Below, piece by piece: positions 47,984-56,566 of a stretch of DNA of 64,000 bases. The stretch is taken from assembly GCF_048266585.1 (NCBI RefSeq), contig NZ_JBLWZF010000014.1, one strand, 5' to 3'. The notes under the pieces are model-generated. The model made no database searches. It was not told where the DNA came from and was given only the letters and a program-made list of their open reading frames with translations. Each line of letters starts with the position of its first letter. The stretch's first letter is position 1. The position numbers and the translations under genes are program-made. The DNA comes from Celeribacter sp. (GTDB lineage: Bacteria; Pseudomonadota; Alphaproteobacteria; Rhodobacterales; Rhodobacteraceae).

Positions 47984-48607
47984 TCAGTCGGCGATATAGC
48001 GATCACGGCGGTGATTGAAGGCGATCACACCGTTCAAAATCACTGCGCCCAAGAGCGAATACAGGACACGGCTGGGTTCGAAAAGGAAGAAGGCGACGGC
48101 AAAAAGCACAGCGTCGAAGCAGAGCTGCACAACGCCCGCGCGGATGCCGAAGCGGTCCTGGGCATAGAGCGCGACGACGCCGAGACCGCCCAGAGAACCC
48201 TTGTGTCGGAACGTGCCCAAAAGCCCGTAGCCGGTCAGAATGCCAAAAGCGATGGTGCCGAAGAGCGGATTGAGATGGGAAAACGTCATCCAGTCGGGAA
48301 TGACCGCTACGAGAATCGAGAGGATCGTCACGCAAATTGCTGATTTAATGGTGAATTCTTTCCCCATGCGGAACCAGGCGAGGGCGTAGAAGGGGATGTT
48401 GATCAGCCAGAACACCCAGGAAAACGAATAGCCCGTCAGGTAGGAAATCACCAGGGCGAGGCCTGCGGTCTGGCCGGTGATGAAGCCGAGCTGGGCAATG
48501 ATTGTGAGCCCGATCGAGGTGGTGATCAGGGCAATGGAAAAGCCCTGCACATCCTCGAGGAGGCTGTGTTTCTGGACATGTTGAGGGATCGGCATGGGCG
48601 CTGGCAT
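47984..48607 (-). CDS. YitT-family membrane protein (paralogue 2)
   Basis: 207 aa (HSLLEDVQGFSIALITTSIGLTIIAQLGFITGQTAGLALVISYLTG), a tandem paralogue of the downstream gene. Confidence 0.65.
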   Translation of the reverse strand: MPAPMPIPQHVQKHSLLEDVQGFSIALITTSIGLTIIAQLGFITGQTAGLALVISYLTGYSFSWVFWLINIPFYALAWFRMGKEFTIKSAICVTILSILVAVIPDWMTFSHLNPLFGTIAFGILTGYGLLGTFRHKGSLGGLGVVALYAQDRFGIRAGVVQLCFDAVLFAVAFFLFEPSRVLYSLLGAVILNGVIAFNHRRDRYIAD

Positions 48608-48727
48608 GGGGCAGATTTAGGACAGCTTTGCTGACCTGTCCAGCGAAATGTGAGCGCCATCGCTGTCTGGGGGGTGACGTTCCGGCTGGCTGCTAAAAAG
48701 AACGGCAGATGCCCCGGCGAGGAGGCG

Positions 48728-49345
48728 CTATTCGACCCAGAGTCTTTGCGCCTGAAACAGCACCAAGGTTTCGGCGAGTTGCGGCGCCGAGGAGGGCGCG
48801 TGGGCGACGCTGGACCGGCTCATCTGGGCCTCTTCGAGTTTGAAAAGCTGGGTCGAGAGGCGTTCCGTGTCCTGACCATAGCGTTGTGCCAGAGCAAGCT
48901 CGGAGCGCGTCTTGGCTATCAGATCGACCGGGGCGTCGGCGTCGAAATTTTGGTCGCCGATGCCGTAAACGCTGCCAGAGGCCTCCATCTCCGCGTGATA
49001 GGCGGCACCTTGGCGTTCGAGCGACATGACAAAGCCCAGATCGTCAAAACGCGCGGCTTTGAGATCGGCGGTGAGCGCGTCGATTTGGGTGGGCGTGATC
49101 TTGGTCAGGTCGTATTTGGCAAAGACATCCGCAGCTCCCCGGATGGTTTTGCGCGCCGCCGCGTTTTGCGTTGTGGTGGCGTCTTGCGCGCCGTTTTGAG
49201 CCCCGTCTTTAGTGGCATTTTTCTGGCCCTGCGCATCCGTCGCGACAGAAGAACCGCCTGCATCCTGTGCGGCGGTTTTCGGGTCTTGTGGGTCGTGACG
49301 CAGTTGCGATTGCGCCCAAAACTGTGCGGCAGAGGAAATCTGCAT
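48728..49345 (-). CDS. hypothetical protein with low-complexity N-terminal half
   Basis: 205 aa ORF. The coding assignment rests on length and codon usage only. No motif was recognised. Confidence 0.45.
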   Translation of the reverse strand: MQISSAAQFWAQSQLRHDPQDPKTAAQDAGGSSVATDAQGQKNATKDGAQNGAQDATTTQNAAARKTIRGAADVFAKYDLTKITPTQIDALTADLKAARFDDLGFVMSLERQGAAYHAEMEASGSVYGIGDQNFDADAPVDLIAKTRSELALAQRYGQDTERLSTQLFKLEEAQMSRSSVAHAPSSAPQLAETLVLFQAQRLWVE

Positions 49346-49410
49346 GATCGGGAAACCTTCTGTTCTCCGTTTGCAAAGAACATAGGGGCGCGAGACTTAA
49401 GGCCAATATA

Positions 49411-49445
49411 ACAAATAAAATTGCGCGGATTTTCGCCCGCGCAAT
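49411..49445 (-). terminator. rho-independent terminator of hupE
   Basis: ATTGCGCGG-loop-CCGCGCAAT. On the minus strand it is followed by TTTATTTGT. Confidence 0.65.
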
Positions 49446-49471
49446 CTGAGACTTATGGTTAATGAGGTGTG

Positions 49472-50038
49472 TTAGCCGATCAAAAGCGACAGGCCCATGA
49501 GCGTCGCCAAGGCGCCCAGGATACGCGGGCCATAGGGCAGCGCGCGGGCCATGACTTGTGCGGCCAGAATGCCTGCGGCGTGAAGGGCTGCGGTGGCAAT
49601 TACGAAGCCGACGCCGAAGCCGAGCGCATTGGCGGCGCCCAGTTCGGCACCATGGGCATGGCCGTGGAACAGACCGAACAGGGCCGCGATGGCCACGCCA
49701 CCTGCGAGCGCCGGTTTGACGGCGAAGGTGGCCAGAAGCCCGATCAGGATCGCGGAGGCGAGGATCATCGGTTCAACGAAGGGCAGAGACAGGCCGGTGA
49801 CACCACCGAAATAGCCCAAAGTCATGGCGCCGACAAAACCCGCGGGCACGGCCCAGACGGCTTTTCCGCCGATCTGAAGCGCCCAGATGCCGACGGCGAC
49901 CATGGCGATGATGTGATCAAGGCCGAAGAGCGGGTGGGACACGCCCGCCATGAAGGAGCCGTGCTGTTCCGGCGGAAGATGGGCGAGGGCGGGGCTGGCG
50001 GCGAGGGCGAAGAGGCCGGTCAGAAGATGTTTTTTCAT
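49472..50038 (-). CDS. hupE: HupE/UreJ-family Ni/Co transporter
   Basis: 188 aa with a signal peptide followed by HPLFGLDHIIAMVAVGIWA, and a C-terminal FHGHAHG motif. Confidence 0.8.
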   Translation of the reverse strand: MKKHLLTGLFALAASPALAHLPPEQHGSFMAGVSHPLFGLDHIIAMVAVGIWALQIGGKAVWAVPAGFVGAMTLGYFGGVTGLSLPFVEPMILASAILIGLLATFAVKPALAGGVAIAALFGLFHGHAHGAELGAANALGFGVGFVIATAALHAAGILAAQVMARALPYGPRILGALATLMGLSLLIG

Positions 50039-50527
50039 AACTGTCCCTGAGAGTTATCCAAGAATTATGTCGAGAGGCGTCCCAGTCGGGGCGCGCGTGT
50101 CGCTTTAACCTGACGAAGCGGGATCGGACACGCAAGGGCCGGGGGCGCATTGCGGCAAAAAGAACACGTTTCCCCGGGGTCAGAAAAAAACCTTTGCCTG
50201 AAATTCGGGCGTCCGGCATGGTGTGCCCACTGAAACTGACCACATTGGAGGGCGACATGACTGTTTATACGCAACGCACCCTTCGAGGACTCGCCGGACG
50301 CGGAGAAATTCGTGCGGCCGGGGTTCAACGTGGTCAGGGCGCTTTTGACGCGCGACGATCTTAACCGATCTCTTTTCCTGAAAACGTGCCTCTGCGTCTG
50401 TCTTCGTGATGGGCCGGTTGATGACCTGTGTTTGACATCCGTTCAATGTCACGGATGTCTGTCGCGGGCGGCGCGGTCCATATCCTAAAAAATCTCATAT
50501 AAGGCCGGCCTTTGCCGGGCATTTCTC

Positions 50528-50761
50528 ATGTTGGATGTTCTGCCTCCTGCGCCGCTCACCTTGCGGCATCACCTTGAACCTTTGATCGAACACCATGGCC
50601 TTTGGCGCGTGCTCAAGGCCGCCTTTGCAGCGCGGCGCAAGTTGCGGCGGGAGGCGAAACTGGCCCGGAGCCTTGCGCATCTGAGCCCGCACTTGCGCCG
50701 TGATGTGGGCCTGCCGCCCGAGGCACCGCCGGAGCGGGATTATGCGCTTTGGTTGCGCTGA
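50528..50761 (+). CDS. DUF1127-domain small protein
   Basis: The C-terminal part (RSLAHLSPHLRRDVGLPPE) resembles the DUF1127 core (LxxLsDxxLxDIGL). The true start is uncertain. Confidence 0.5.
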   Translation: MLDVLPPAPLTLRHHLEPLIEHHGLWRVLKAAFAARRKLRREAKLARSLAHLSPHLRRDVGLPPEAPPERDYALWLR

Positions 50762-50774
50762 TAAAAAAGCCCAT

Positions 50775-50806
50775 AAAAAAGGCCGGGGCGCGTGCGGACC
50801 CCGGCC
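50775..50806 (-). terminator. rho-independent terminator of icd
   Basis: GGCCGGGG-loop-CCCCGGCC. On the minus strand it is followed by TTTTTT. Confidence 0.7.
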
Positions 50807-50832
50807 ACCTGTGGCGGAAAGGACTGGGGGTC

Positions 50833-52047
50833 TTATCCCGCCAAAGCTTTGTTCAGGTTCTCGTCGATTTTCTCCAAGAAGCCCATGGTGGTGAGCCAGG
50901 CCTGATCCGGGCCGACGAGAAGGGCGAGGTCTTTCGTCATGAAGCCGCTTTCGACCGTGTTGACGATGGTTTTCTCCAGCGTCGTGGCAAAGCGCATCAG
51001 CTGTTCGTTGCCGTCGAGCTTGGCGCGGTGCTTGAGGCCGCCGGTCCAGGCGTAGATCGACGCGATCGAGTTGGTCGAGGTCGCTTCGCCCGCCTGGTGC
51101 TGGCGGTAGTGACGGGTCACGGTGCCGTGGGCGGCTTCGGCCTCGACGATCTTGCCATCCGGCGTCATGAGCTGCGAGGTCATCAGGCCCAGCGAGCCAA
51201 AGCCCTGTGCCACGGTGTCGGATTGCACGTCACCATCGTAGTTCTTACAGGCCCAGACGAATTTTCCGGACCATTTCATCGCGCAGGCGACCATGTCGTC
51301 GATCAGGCGGTGTTCGTACCAGATGCCCGCCTTTTTGAAGTCTTCCGCGAATTCCGCGTCGAACACTTCCTGGAAGATGTCTTTGAAGCGGCCGTCATAG
51401 GCCTTGAGGATGGTGTTTTTGGTCGACAGATAGACCGGCCAGCCGAGGCTGAGACCGTAGTTCAGCGAGGCGCGGGCAAAGTCGCGGATCGAGTCGTCGA
51501 GGTTGTACATCGCCTGATAGACGCCCGCGGAGGGCGCGTCATAGACGACCTTCTCGATCACCGTGCCGTCTTCGCCCTCGAATTTCATCGTGAGCTGTCC
51601 CTTGCCGGGGAAGCGGAAATCGGTGGCTTTATATTGGTCGCCAAAAGCGTGGCGGCCCACGACGATGGGATCGGTCCAGCCGGGCACGAGGCGCGGCACG
51701 TTTTTACAAATGATCGGCTGACGGAAGACGACGCCGCCCAGAATGTTGCGGATTGTGCCGTTGGGAGAGCGCCACATTTTTTTGAGGTTGAATTCCTCGA
51801 CGCGTTGCTCATCGGGCGTAATGGTCGCACATTTGACGGCGACGCCGACCTCTTTGGTCTTTTCAGCCGCATCAATGGTGATCTGATCTTCGGTCTCGTC
51901 GCGGCTCTCGATGCCCAGATCGTAATAGAGCAGATCGATGTCGAGATAGGGCAGGATGAGTTTCTTTTTGATGAAATCCCACATGATGCGGGTCATTTCA
52001 TCGCCGTCCATTTCGACGATTGGGTTGTCTACCTTGATCTTGGTCAT
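50833..52047 (-). CDS. icd: NADP-dependent isocitrate dehydrogenase (eukaryotic-like homodimeric type)
   Basis: I chose the ATG at 52047 ([23 protein letters not shown]), with GGAG 9 nt upstream. Confidence 0.95.
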   Translation of the reverse strand: MTKIKVDNPIVEMDGDEMTRIMWDFIKKKLILPYLDIDLLYYDLGIESRDETEDQITIDAAEKTKEVGVAVKCATITPDEQRVEEFNLKKMWRSPNGTIRNILGGVVFRQPIICKNVPRLVPGWTDPIVVGRHAFGDQYKATDFRFPGKGQLTMKFEGEDGTVIEKVVYDAPSAGVYQAMYNLDDSIRDFARASLNYGLSLGWPVYLSTKNTILKAYDGRFKDIFQEVFDAEFAEDFKKAGIWYEHRLIDDMVACAMKWSGKFVWACKNYDGDVQSDTVAQGFGSLGLMTSQLMTPDGKIVEAEAAHGTVTRHYRQHQAGEATSTNSIASIYAWTGGLKHRAKLDGNEQLMRFATTLEKTIVNTVESGFMTKDLALLVGPDQAWLTTMGFLEKIDENLNKALAG

Positions 52048-52122
52048 CTGGGGGAGCTCCATGCGATGTCTGGAAGAGTCGGGTTTGTTTTAGCGCAGTT
52101 CCGGGGAGAGTGAAATGTTTAT

Positions 52123-52140
52123 TGTATGCCATTGCATACA
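52123..52140. promoter_or_regulatory. inverted repeat TGTATGC-N4-GCATACA in the icd / TonB-receptor intergenic region
   Basis: Read directly from the sequence in an AT-rich context. Confidence 0.3.
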
Positions 52141-52254
52141 TTTTTCGCCTTTTGTCTCTGAACAGCCTGTCAGGGCAGGCCACGTCTGTCTATGGGCTTG
52201 GTATCGCGGAGAGATGTTTCAAATCTGCAACGCTGTACCTAAGCGGCCCAGATT

Positions 52255-52280
52255 TATTCTTGATAAAAATAGTAAGAATA
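52255..52280. promoter_or_regulatory. AT-rich inverted repeat TATTCTT-N12-AAGAATA upstream of the TonB-dependent receptor
   Basis: Read directly from the sequence. It has a Fur-like AT-rich composition (GATAAAAATAGT core). Confidence 0.3.
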
Positions 52281-52387
52281 TGTAGGAGCAGCCTGAATGC
52301 TGGCTCCGATCCACACGGCGGAGCTTCCAGGTAGCGACAGCCCCCAAGACGCAGCACAACGAAAATGCAAACCATGAGGGGGTTTCC

Positions 52388-54481
52388 ATGACCACTTTGC
52401 ACCGGACCGCTGGGGTCCGTATGCGCCTGCACTGCAGTGTCGCCATTCTAGTTTCCTGTTTTCCGATCGCCACTTTGGCTCAGGATGTGTCGCAAAATGT
52501 CACCGTCCTCGACACCATCGTGGTCGAGGGCAACACAGGCGAGGCCAGCGTCGAGACCCTGACAGGTGGCGAGATCGCCGTCGTCGAGGGCGAGGCCGTC
52601 GCTGACAGCTACACGGGCGATGTTGCCACTGCGTTGCGCTCCGTGCCGGGGGTGTTCACACGCTCGCCGGGGGACAACCCCGCCGTCACGGTCAACATTC
52701 GCGGCATGCAGGGGTTTGGCCGCGTCAACACGATGATCGACGGTATCCCGCAGACCTTCCGCAATATGTCGGGCCATGGCGGGTCTTATGACGATCAGGT
52801 CTTTGTCGATCCCGGTCTGGTCGCCAGTGCCGATGTCGCAAAAGGCGCCGTGGCGGGGGCCGCGGGGATGGGCGCGCTGGCGGGGGCCGCGAATTTCCGC
52901 ACCATTGGCATCGACGATGTGCTTGATGGGGAGGAGCGCGTTGGCGGGATGTTGAAATTCAGCGCCGGCACCAACGGCTACGGCCCGCATGTGACGGCGG
53001 CGGGCGCCATGCAGGGCAATTTCGCCACCGGCGGCGACTGGGGGACGATGCTGGCGATTTCCGGGTATGAGAACGGGCAATATGCGGATGGCGATGGCAC
53101 CAAATCCAGCGAATATACTCAGGACGAGCCACTCACGATCCTTGCCAAAGCCCGCTTTCGCCCGTCGGACGCGCTCGAGATCAATATCGCGGCGCAGGAT
53201 TATAAGAACAAGATGTTCCCGGCGAGCAGTTCCGGTTATCTTTGGGACATGGAGCGTCAGAGCGTGTCTGCCGATGTCCATTACAACCCGGCCAGTGAGC
53301 TGATTAACATCTCCGCCAGTGCTTATTGGCAGGATATGTCCTTTGATTTTCCCGGTCACGAAGGACAAGCCTTCAATGGCAACACTGGGCGCGCGGGCAC
53401 GGATATTTCCAAGGGTCTCTCCGTGTCGAACAGCAGCCGCATCACTCCCGACCTGCGTCTGGACTATGGGCTGGCCTGGTCGAACAACGATTACGATGTG
53501 AATGAGTTGGGCGGCAACAATGGCTCTGGCGAGTTGGACAAGCTGGGCGCGTTCTTTCAGGCCAGTTACCAGATGGGCGCCTGGGATTTCGGGGCGGGGC
53601 TACGCTACGACACATGGGAGGTCTCCGGCGAGATTCCTGAGACCGTAGGTGGCGTAACCAACGTCGTGCCGCTGGACAACTCGGGCGAGGAGCTTTTGCC
53701 GAACCTGAGTGCGCGTTATCACTTTAGCGATGCGCTTTCGACCTATGCCTCTTATGCGCAAACCATGCGCGCACCGACCGCGACCGAGATGTTCTACGGC
53801 GTCAATGGCAATGCCCACACCGGCGGCGGCACCACGATCCGTGTGAACCCGGATCTCGATTCCGAAAAAGCGGAGACTTTTGAGATCGGGGTGAATTACG
53901 CCTCTGAACTCTATTATGTCTCTGCCTCGGCGTTCCAATCCAATGTCGAGGATTTCATCGTCTTTGAGACCGACAGCGACAATGAAGTACGGTTCATCAA
54001 CATTCCGGGCGAGACCAAGCTGCGTGGGATCGAACTGGCCGGGGGCTTTGAGACGGAGCGGTTCTTTGGCTCTCTCTCTGTGACGCTTTCCGACACGGAC
54101 CAGCCCGCAGCGCAACAGGCCGGTGGCGGGCATGACCAATATGGTGAGCTGCCGAATGAGTATCTGACGCTCGATCTCGGTGCGAAATTCCAGGGCGACG
54201 ACGGTCGTATCGGCGCGCGGATGCGCTATGTCGGCGACAGCGTCGTGGCGCGCTATACGAGCTTTAGCGACATGACGGCGACGATGATCGACAAACCGTC
54301 CTACACGCTCTTTGACCTCTACGGTTCCTATCAGGTCAGCGACAACGCCGAGCTGTTCGCCAGCGTGGAGAATGTCTTCGACAAATATTACGTCGAAGCG
54401 AATTCCGGTGACACCAGCCTCAATGGCGGCATCGGCGGGCGCGGGCGCACCTTTACCCTCGGGGCGACGTTCCGGTTCTGA
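52388..54481 (+). CDS. TonB-dependent outer-membrane receptor, heme/hemoglobin receptor-like
   Basis: It has a signal peptide, a plug domain and a C-terminal TonB box terminus (...TLGATFRF). A FRAP/NPNL-like pair with an intervening His is present (MRAPTATEMFYGVNGNAHTGGGTTIRVNPDL). The start may instead be the internal M at 52421. Confidence 0.8.
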   Translation: MTTLHRTAGVRMRLHCSVAILVSCFPIATLAQDVSQNVTVLDTIVVEGNTGEASVETLTGGEIAVVEGEAVADSYTGDVATALRSVPGVFTRSPGDNPAVTVNIRGMQGFGRVNTMIDGIPQTFRNMSGHGGSYDDQVFVDPGLVASADVAKGAVAGAAGMGALAGAANFRTIGIDDVLDGEERVGGMLKFSAGTNGYGPHVTAAGAMQGNFATGGDWGTMLAISGYENGQYADGDGTKSSEYTQDEPLTILAKARFRPSDALEINIAAQDYKNKMFPASSSGYLWDMERQSVSADVHYNPASELINISASAYWQDMSFDFPGHEGQAFNGNTGRAGTDISKGLSVSNSSRITPDLRLDYGLAWSNNDYDVNELGGNNGSGELDKLGAFFQASYQMGAWDFGAGLRYDTWEVSGEIPETVGGVTNVVPLDNSGEELLPNLSARYHFSDALSTYASYAQTMRAPTATEMFYGVNGNAHTGGGTTIRVNPDLDSEKAETFEIGVNYASELYYVSASAFQSNVEDFIVFETDSDNEVRFINIPGETKLRGIELAGGFETERFFGSLSVTLSDTDQPAAQQAGGGHDQYGELPNEYLTLDLGAKFQGDDGRIGARMRYVGDSVVARYTSFSDMTATMIDKPSYTLFDLYGSYQVSDNAELFASVENVFDKYYVEANSGDTSLNGGIGGRGRTFTLGATFRF

Positions 54482-54506
54482 GGTGTAAACTGTCTTAACG
54501 AGTGTT

Positions 54507-54539
54507 GGCCTGTCCTTTTCGGACGGGCCTTTTGTTTTT
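54507..54539 (+). terminator. rho-independent terminator of the receptor gene
   Basis: GGCCTGTCC-TTTTC-GGACGGGCC followed by TTTTGTTTTT. Confidence 0.8.
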
Positions 54540-54555
54540 GCGGCGTCGCGCCGCG

Positions 54556-55242
54556 TTACCCAGCGACCACCAAACCGACGCCATAGGCCACAAGCGCACA
54601 GACGCCGCCGACCAGAACCGTCTCGCTCACCGCACGCATAAGCCCGGCGCGGGTGGCGACATGGCGCAAGACTCCCAACAATGTGAGCGCGGCGGCGGCG
54701 GCGGCCACGGCGGAGCCGAAGCGGATGCCAAGAGGCAGGCCCAAAAGATAGGGCAGGATCGGGATCACGCCGAAGGCCACGAAGGACAGGAAGGTGATCA
54801 GGGCACGGGGCCACAACAACCCCTGTCCGGGATCTTCCAGCCCTTCGACCTGCGAGAGTGTCATCTCCGCCATCAACCCCGGCGATTTCGCCGCCAGCGC
54901 CGCCATGGTGGTGGCGTCGAGCGTCGACAACCCGTGGCTTTGCAGGTGCCGGGTGAGGGCGTCGATCTGTGCCGATGGGTTTTGTCTCAACTGCCTGTGT
55001 CTCAGCTTTGTCATGTCGCGGGCGGCGCGGGCCGAGAGGAATTCGCCCAAGCCCATCGAGGTCGCATCCGCAAAAAGATTGGCCAGTCCGAACACCAAGA
55101 CCGCCAGAGCGGCGATTTCGCCTGTGCCCTCGGCATTGGCGCCGGCAAAGCCTGCGACGATGGCGAAGGTGGTGACGATGCCGTCGTTGCCGCCATAGAC
55201 GATCTGTTTCAGGTGATCGGTGAGGGGGGACCTTGCAAACAT
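54556..55242 (-). CDS. VIT1/CCC1-family iron/manganese transporter
   Basis: 228 aa (VYGGNDGIVTTFAIVAGFAGA ... LGEFLS) with five TM segments. Confidence 0.8.
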   Translation of the reverse strand: MFARSPLTDHLKQIVYGGNDGIVTTFAIVAGFAGANAEGTGEIAALAVLVFGLANLFADATSMGLGEFLSARAARDMTKLRHRQLRQNPSAQIDALTRHLQSHGLSTLDATTMAALAAKSPGLMAEMTLSQVEGLEDPGQGLLWPRALITFLSFVAFGVIPILPYLLGLPLGIRFGSAVAAAAAALTLLGVLRHVATRAGLMRAVSETVLVGGVCALVAYGVGLVVAG

Positions 55243-55411
55243 GCTGGGCTCTCGTGTTTGTTTGTGCGAGAGCTTAGGCGAAAGCCCCGATTGATGCCAG
55301 ATTTTCGACTGAAACGGAGGTTTTGCGCTCGGGGAGGGCGATTTTGTTGGGGTAAAATGATACCTATTTTTTAAGATATTGTTTTTGCTGATTAAATCGC
55401 AATGTGAGCCG

Positions 55412-55439
55412 CTTGACGTGGCGCGCGAAATGCTTAGAA
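55412..55439 (+). promoter_or_regulatory. candidate sigma-70 promoter of rplM-rpsI (CTTGAC-N16-TTAGAA)
   Basis: Read directly from the sequence. It resembles the alphaproteobacterial CTTGAC/CTATAT-type consensus and lies about 40 bp upstream of the rplM ATG. Confidence 0.35.
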
Positions 55440-55478
55440 CACGCTCAATCGAATTCCTATCCCATAAGGGCTGAACCT

Positions 55479-55943
55479 ATGAAAACCTTTTCCGCAACAC
55501 CGGCGGACATCGACAAGAAATGGATCATCATCGACGCCGAAGGCGTGGTGCTGGGCCGTCTCGCGTCTATTGTCGCTATGCGTCTGCGTGGCAAGCACAA
55601 AGCCACCTTCACCCCGTCCATGGACATGGGTGACAATGTCATCGTGATCAACGCCGACAAAGTGCAACTGACCGGCAAAAAACGCACCGACGAGCGTTTC
55701 TACTGGCACACCGGCCACCCGGGCGGCATCAAATCCCGCTCCATGGGCGAGCTGCTTGAGGGCAAGTACCCCGAGCGCGTCGTGACCAAAGCCGTGCAGC
55801 GCATGCTGCCGGGCGGCAAACTGTCCCGTCAGCAAATGACCAACCTGCGCGTCTACGCCGGTGCCGAGCACCCGCATGAAGCTCAGAACCCCGAAGTTCT
55901 GGACGTGAAGTCCATGAACAAGAAAAACACCCGGAGCGCATAA
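55479..55943 (+). CDS. rplM: 50S ribosomal protein L13
   Basis: I chose the ATG at 55479 ([30 protein letters not shown]). Confidence 0.95.
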   Translation: MKTFSATPADIDKKWIIIDAEGVVLGRLASIVAMRLRGKHKATFTPSMDMGDNVIVINADKVQLTGKKRTDERFYWHTGHPGGIKSRSMGELLEGKYPERVVTKAVQRMLPGGKLSRQQMTNLRVYAGAEHPHEAQNPEVLDVKSMNKKNTRSA

Positions 55944-55945
55944 TC

Positions 55946-56431
55946 ATGGCTGATGAAATCAAATCCCTCGACGAGCTGAACGCCGTCGCCGGTGGCGAAA
56001 CCGTCGTCGAAGTTGCAGCTCCGCGTGAACCGGTTCGTGACGAACTGGGCCGTTCCTACGCCACCGGCAAGCGTAAAGACGCTGTCGCCCGCGTCTGGAT
56101 CAAACCGGGCTCCGGCAAAGTCACCGTCAACGGCAAAGACATGTCTGTCTACTTTGCTCGTCCGGTGCTTCAGCTGATCGTGAAACAACCGGCTCAAATC
56201 GCTGGCGTCGAAGGTGAATTCGACGTGGTTGCCACCGTCAAAGGCGGCGGCCTCTCCGGTCAGGCCGGTGCTGTGAAACACGGCATCTCCAAAGCTCTGC
56301 AGCTCTACAACCCGGAACTGCGCGCCGCTCTGAAAGCCGCTGGCTTCCTGACCCGCGACTCGCGCGTCGTCGAGCGTAAGAAATTCGGTAAGCGCAAAGC
56401 GCGTCGTTCCTTCCAGTTCTCCAAGCGTTAA
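55946..56431 (+). CDS. rpsI: 30S ribosomal protein S9
   Basis: 161 aa ending in RRSFQFSKR. Confidence 0.95.
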   Translation: MADEIKSLDELNAVAGGETVVEVAAPREPVRDELGRSYATGKRKDAVARVWIKPGSGKVTVNGKDMSVYFARPVLQLIVKQPAQIAGVEGEFDVVATVKGGGLSGQAGAVKHGISKALQLYNPELRAALKAAGFLTRDSRVVERKKFGKRKARRSFQFSKR

Positions 56432-56457
56432 TCGCTTACTGGACCCAAGATTTGGAA

Positions 56458-56496
56458 ACCGCCACGGAGCACTCCGCTGGCGGTTTTCTCTTTTTT
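56458..56496 (+). terminator. rho-independent terminator of rplM-rpsI
   Basis: AACCGCCACGGAG-CA-CTCCGCTGGCGGTT followed by TTCTCTTTTTT. Confidence 0.8.
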
Positions 56497-56566
56497 GCGC
56501 CCGTTTTCGCCCTTGGCAGTTTTGCCATGCTGTTTCATAGTTTTCGAAACAGAGAAGGCGTGTCTT

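Noticed and set aside
50039-50527. Cobalamin (B12) riboswitch in the hupE leader
   Set aside because: I looked on both strands for the conserved core (AGGGAA ... GGTGAAAATCC ... GCCACTG ... B12 box AGYCAGGAGACCTGCC). Only scattered partial matches were found (for example GCCCACTG on the plus strand and AGGAAAAGAGATCGGTTAAGATCG on the minus strand), and they are in the wrong order or on the wrong strand. This is not enough to call. A covariance-model scan is needed.
55431-55455. Irr ICE box (TTTAGAA-N3-TTCTAAA) between the VIT iron transporter and rplM
   Set aside because: Only one half-site (CTTAGAA) matches, and the second half is unrelated. The hexamer is better explained as the -10 region of the rplM promoter (CTTGAC-N16-TTAGAA).
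56513-56530. Sigma-54 promoter (TGGCA...TGC) ahead of the GSCFA operon
   Set aside because: TTGGCAGTTTTGCCATGC superficially resembles TGGCAC-N5-TTGC. The GG-to-GC spacing is 3 nt too short for a -24/-12 promoter. It is better described as a small inverted repeat.
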